From IMG/VR virus record IMGVR_UViG_3300045988_071311, positions 1 through 29,313 of that record: 29,313 bases of DNA; one strand, written 5' to 3'. Below the pieces are notes generated by a model that saw only the letters and a program-made list of their open reading frames with translations, made no database searches and was not told where the DNA came from. Positions 27,282 to 29,313 of the stretch are shown here, one piece after another; position 1 is the stretch's first letter; each line of letters opens with the position of its first letter. This stretch comes from a virus. Lineage: Duplodnaviria; Heunggongvirae; Uroviricota; Caudoviricetes. Position numbers and translations under genes: made by a program.

Positions 27282-27763
27282 TGATGGTGCTGGGATTGTA
27301 CGTGTTTATGCTGCGCACCGTACCGTATCAGGAGCTGCAGTATCAACGCAGCTGGCGACATGCGGCAAACAGTCGGGTAAATCGTCGTCCGTCCACGCAG
27401 TTTCTGGGACCGGACAACGACATGCTGACGCTTTCTGGTGTTCTTATGCCGGAGATAACAGGCGGCAGGCTGTCGTTGCTGGCACTGGAGCAGATGGCAG
27501 AACAGGGGAAAGCATGGCCCCTGATTGAAGGCAGCGGCACGATTTATGGCATGTATGTGATTGAGGGACTGAATCAGACTAAAACGGAGTTTTTCCGCGA
27601 TGGTATGCCGCGCCGGATTGAGTTCACCCTGTCGCTCAAACGGGTGGATGAATCCCTGTCCGATATGTTCGGTGATCTCAGTGCGCAGCTGAATAATCTG
27701 CAGGATACGGCAACGTCTGCATTAAGCGATATCAGTAAAACGGTGGGAGGGCTGCTGTCGTGA
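27278..27763 (+). CDS. U: Tail protein U
   Basis: 161 aa (P2 gpU 159 aa), overlaps the T stop. Confidence 0.85.
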   Translation: MMMVLGLYVFMLRTVPYQELQYQRSWRHAANSRVNRRPSTQFLGPDNDMLTLSGVLMPEITGGRLSLLALEQMAEQGKAWPLIEGSGTIYGMYVIEGLNQTKTEFFRDGMPRRIEFTLSLKRVDESLSDMFGDLSAQLNNLQDTATSALSDISKTVGGLLS

Positions 27764-28860
27764 ATTTCAGCTCTGAACTGCTTAACAAAGGCAACAAAAC
27801 TCCGGCATTCAGCATCAGTATTGAAGGCAGGGATATCACCACTGTGCTGGACAACCGCCTGATGGGGCTGACGCTGACGGATAACCGGGGCTTTGAAGCG
27901 GACCAGCTTGATCTGGAGCTGGACGACGCCGATGGAAAAATCGTGCTGCCGCGCCGTGGTGCGGTCATTACGCTGGCGCTGGGCTGGAAGGGGCAGCCGC
28001 TTTTCCCGAAAGGGGCATTCACGGTGGACGAGATTGAACACACTGGCGCACCGGACCGCCTGACTATCCGGGCGCGAAGTGCTGATTTTCGTGAAACGCT
28101 GAATACCCGTCGTGAAAAGTCGTGGCACAAGACCACCGTTGGGGAAGTGGTGAAGGAAATAGCTGCGCGGCACAAACTGAAGATGGCATTGGGTAAAGAC
28201 CTGTCAGATAAACCCGTGGAACATATAGACCAGACAAATGAGAGTGACGGCAGTTTTCTGATGCGGCTGGCGCGACAGTACGGTGCCATCGCGTCGGTGA
28301 AAAATGGCAATCTGTTATTCATCCGGCAGGGGCAGGGCAAAAGCGCCACTGGTAAACCACTACCGGTGATCACTATCACACGCAAGGACGGCGACAGTCA
28401 CCGATTTACCCTGGCAGATCGCGGAGCCTACACGGGCGTAATTGCCAGCTGGTTGCATACCCGCGAACCTGCGAAGAAAGAAAGCACCACGGTGAAGCGT
28501 AAGCGCAGGACCAAGAAGCAGAAGAAAGAGCCGGAAGCGAAGCAGGGCGATTACTTGGTGGGTACGGATGAAAACGTGCTGGTACTTAATCGCACTTATG
28601 CCAACCGGAGCAACGCCGAACGAGCGGCGAAAATGCAGTGGGAACGCCTGCAACGCGGCGTTGCGTCATTCTCGCTACAACTGGCGGAAGGACGGGCAGA
28701 TCTCTACACGGAAATGCCAGTGAAAGTCAGTGGCTTTAAACAGCCGATAGATGATGCGGAATGGACTATTACCACCCTGACGCATACTGTCAGCCCGGAT
28801 AACGGTTTTACGACGAGTCTGGAGCTTGAAGTGAGGATTGATGATTTCGAAATGGAATGA
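27760..28860 (+). CDS. D: Tail protein D (late control gene D product)
   Basis: 366 aa with GTG start and SD gggagg; last tail gene before ogr as in P2. Confidence 0.85.
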   Translation: MNFSSELLNKGNKTPAFSISIEGRDITTVLDNRLMGLTLTDNRGFEADQLDLELDDADGKIVLPRRGAVITLALGWKGQPLFPKGAFTVDEIEHTGAPDRLTIRARSADFRETLNTRREKSWHKTTVGEVVKEIAARHKLKMALGKDLSDKPVEHIDQTNESDGSFLMRLARQYGAIASVKNGNLLFIRQGQGKSATGKPLPVITITRKDGDSHRFTLADRGAYTGVIASWLHTREPAKKESTTVKRKRRTKKQKKEPEAKQGDYLVGTDENVLVLNRTYANRSNAERAAKMQWERLQRGVASFSLQLAEGRADLYTEMPVKVSGFKQPIDDAEWTITTLTHTVSPDNGFTTSLELEVRIDDFEME

Positions 28861-28930
28861 AATGTTCACAAAATAAATGTCTCGTGTATCATTATGTGAT
28901 TGCACAATTTTGTGAGGGAGTTATGCGGAT

Positions 28931-29149
28931 ATGATGAATTGCCCGAAATGCGGACACGCGGCACATACACGAAGTAGCTTTCGAGTATCTGAGCAAACTA
29001 AAGAGCGTTATTGCCAATGCCAAAACATAAATTGTGGTGCTACTTTTGTTACTCATGAGACGGTTGTGCGTTACATAGTTACTCCCAATTTAATCGACAT
29101 TGCTCCTCCTCACCCTTCTACATGTGGTCAAGGACACATGAATTTTTGA
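28931..29149 (+). CDS. ogr: Ogr late-gene transcriptional activator (zinc finger)
   Basis: 72 aa. MMNCPKCGHAAHTRSS...KERYCQCQNINCGATFVTHETVVRYIV closely resembles P2 Ogr (MFHCPLCQHAAHARTS...KERYHQCQNVNCSATFITYESVQRYIV). Confidence 0.9.
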   Translation: MMNCPKCGHAAHTRSSFRVSEQTKERYCQCQNINCGATFVTHETVVRYIVTPNLIDIAPPHPSTCGQGHMNF

Positions 29150-29157
29150 CGAAACTA

Positions 29158-29179
29158 ACCCGCTACGGCGGGTTTTTTC
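29158..29179 (+). terminator. Rho-independent terminator after ogr
   Basis: Hairpin acccgc-tacg-gcgggt followed by a T-run. Confidence 0.7.
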
Positions 29180-29199
29180 TTGGTTTTTTTTAAAATTCT

Positions 29200-29221
29200 G
29201 CTGCCATTTTGCTGCCATTTT
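29200..29221. repeat. Tandem direct repeat, 2 x 11 bp (gctgccatttt)
   Basis: Exact tandem duplication between the ogr terminator and the tRNA 3' end; possible integrase arm-type or accessory-factor site. Confidence 0.5.
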
Positions 29222-29232
29222 GGTTATGGACA

Positions 29233-29260
29233 ACAAAAAAGCCGCTCTAGTGAGCGGCTT
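29233..29260 (-). terminator. Rho-independent terminator on the minus strand, downstream of the tRNA
   Basis: Inverted repeat aagccgctc/gagcggctt; on the minus strand it is followed by a T-run. Confidence 0.5.
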
Positions 29261-29285
29261 AATTGTATGATTTTATTGGTTAATT

Positions 29286-29313
29286 TGGTGGCCCCTGCTG
29301 GACTTGAACCAGC
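29286..29313 (-). tRNA. 3' end of a tRNA gene (T-arm, acceptor stem, CCA); isotype not determined
   Basis: Minus-strand reading is GCTGG-TTCAAGT-CCAGC AGGGGCC A CCA, i.e. T-stem/loop, 7-nt acceptor strand, discriminator and CCA. The 5' part is beyond the window. Confidence 0.55.

Larger units (their letters stand above)
1..29285. mobile_element. P2/186-like prophage (left end truncated by window; right end near tRNA 3' end)
   Basis: Gene content and order matches P2: int, immunity region, A, then Q P O N M L X Y K lysABC R S V W J I H G FI FII E T U D ogr. Exact boundaries cannot be set because attL lies outside the window. Confidence 0.9.

Noticed and set aside
1-29313. CRISPR arrays, rRNA genes, insertion sequences or transposases
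   Set aside because: No spaced identical direct repeats, no rRNA-like segments, and no transposase-like ORF or terminal inverted repeats were found.

Overview
This window is almost entirely one P2/186-family (Peduovirus-like) prophage of enterobacterial type, nearly complete. Left to right: the N-terminus of the integrase (minus strand, runs off the window), a 186-type immunity region (CI repressor, Apl/Cox-like, CII), an early operon (small ORFs, TraR/DksA-like zinc finger, Dam methylase, rolling-circle replication protein A), an AT-rich accessory island between A and the cos/portal end, then the P2-ordered late genes (Q, P | O, N, M, L, X, holin, endolysin, LysA/B/C, R, S, V, W, J, I, H, G, FI, FII, E/E', T, U, D), ogr, a terminator and the 3' end of a tRNA gene (probable attR). 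The most interesting content is accessory cargo. First, a 243-aa AT-rich gene on the opposite strand in the A-to-Q slot, where P2 carries old/tin and which is a known anti-phage defence hotspot; this is a candidate single-gene defence system. Second, a 182-aa secreted-protein gene wedged between cI and int and translationally coupled to int. Third, a LexA-box-controlled cassette encoding a small protein plus a DinI-like protein. All protein-family calls are from my reading of the translated ORFs and recalled family signatures; no database search was run. GC statements are by-eye estimates.
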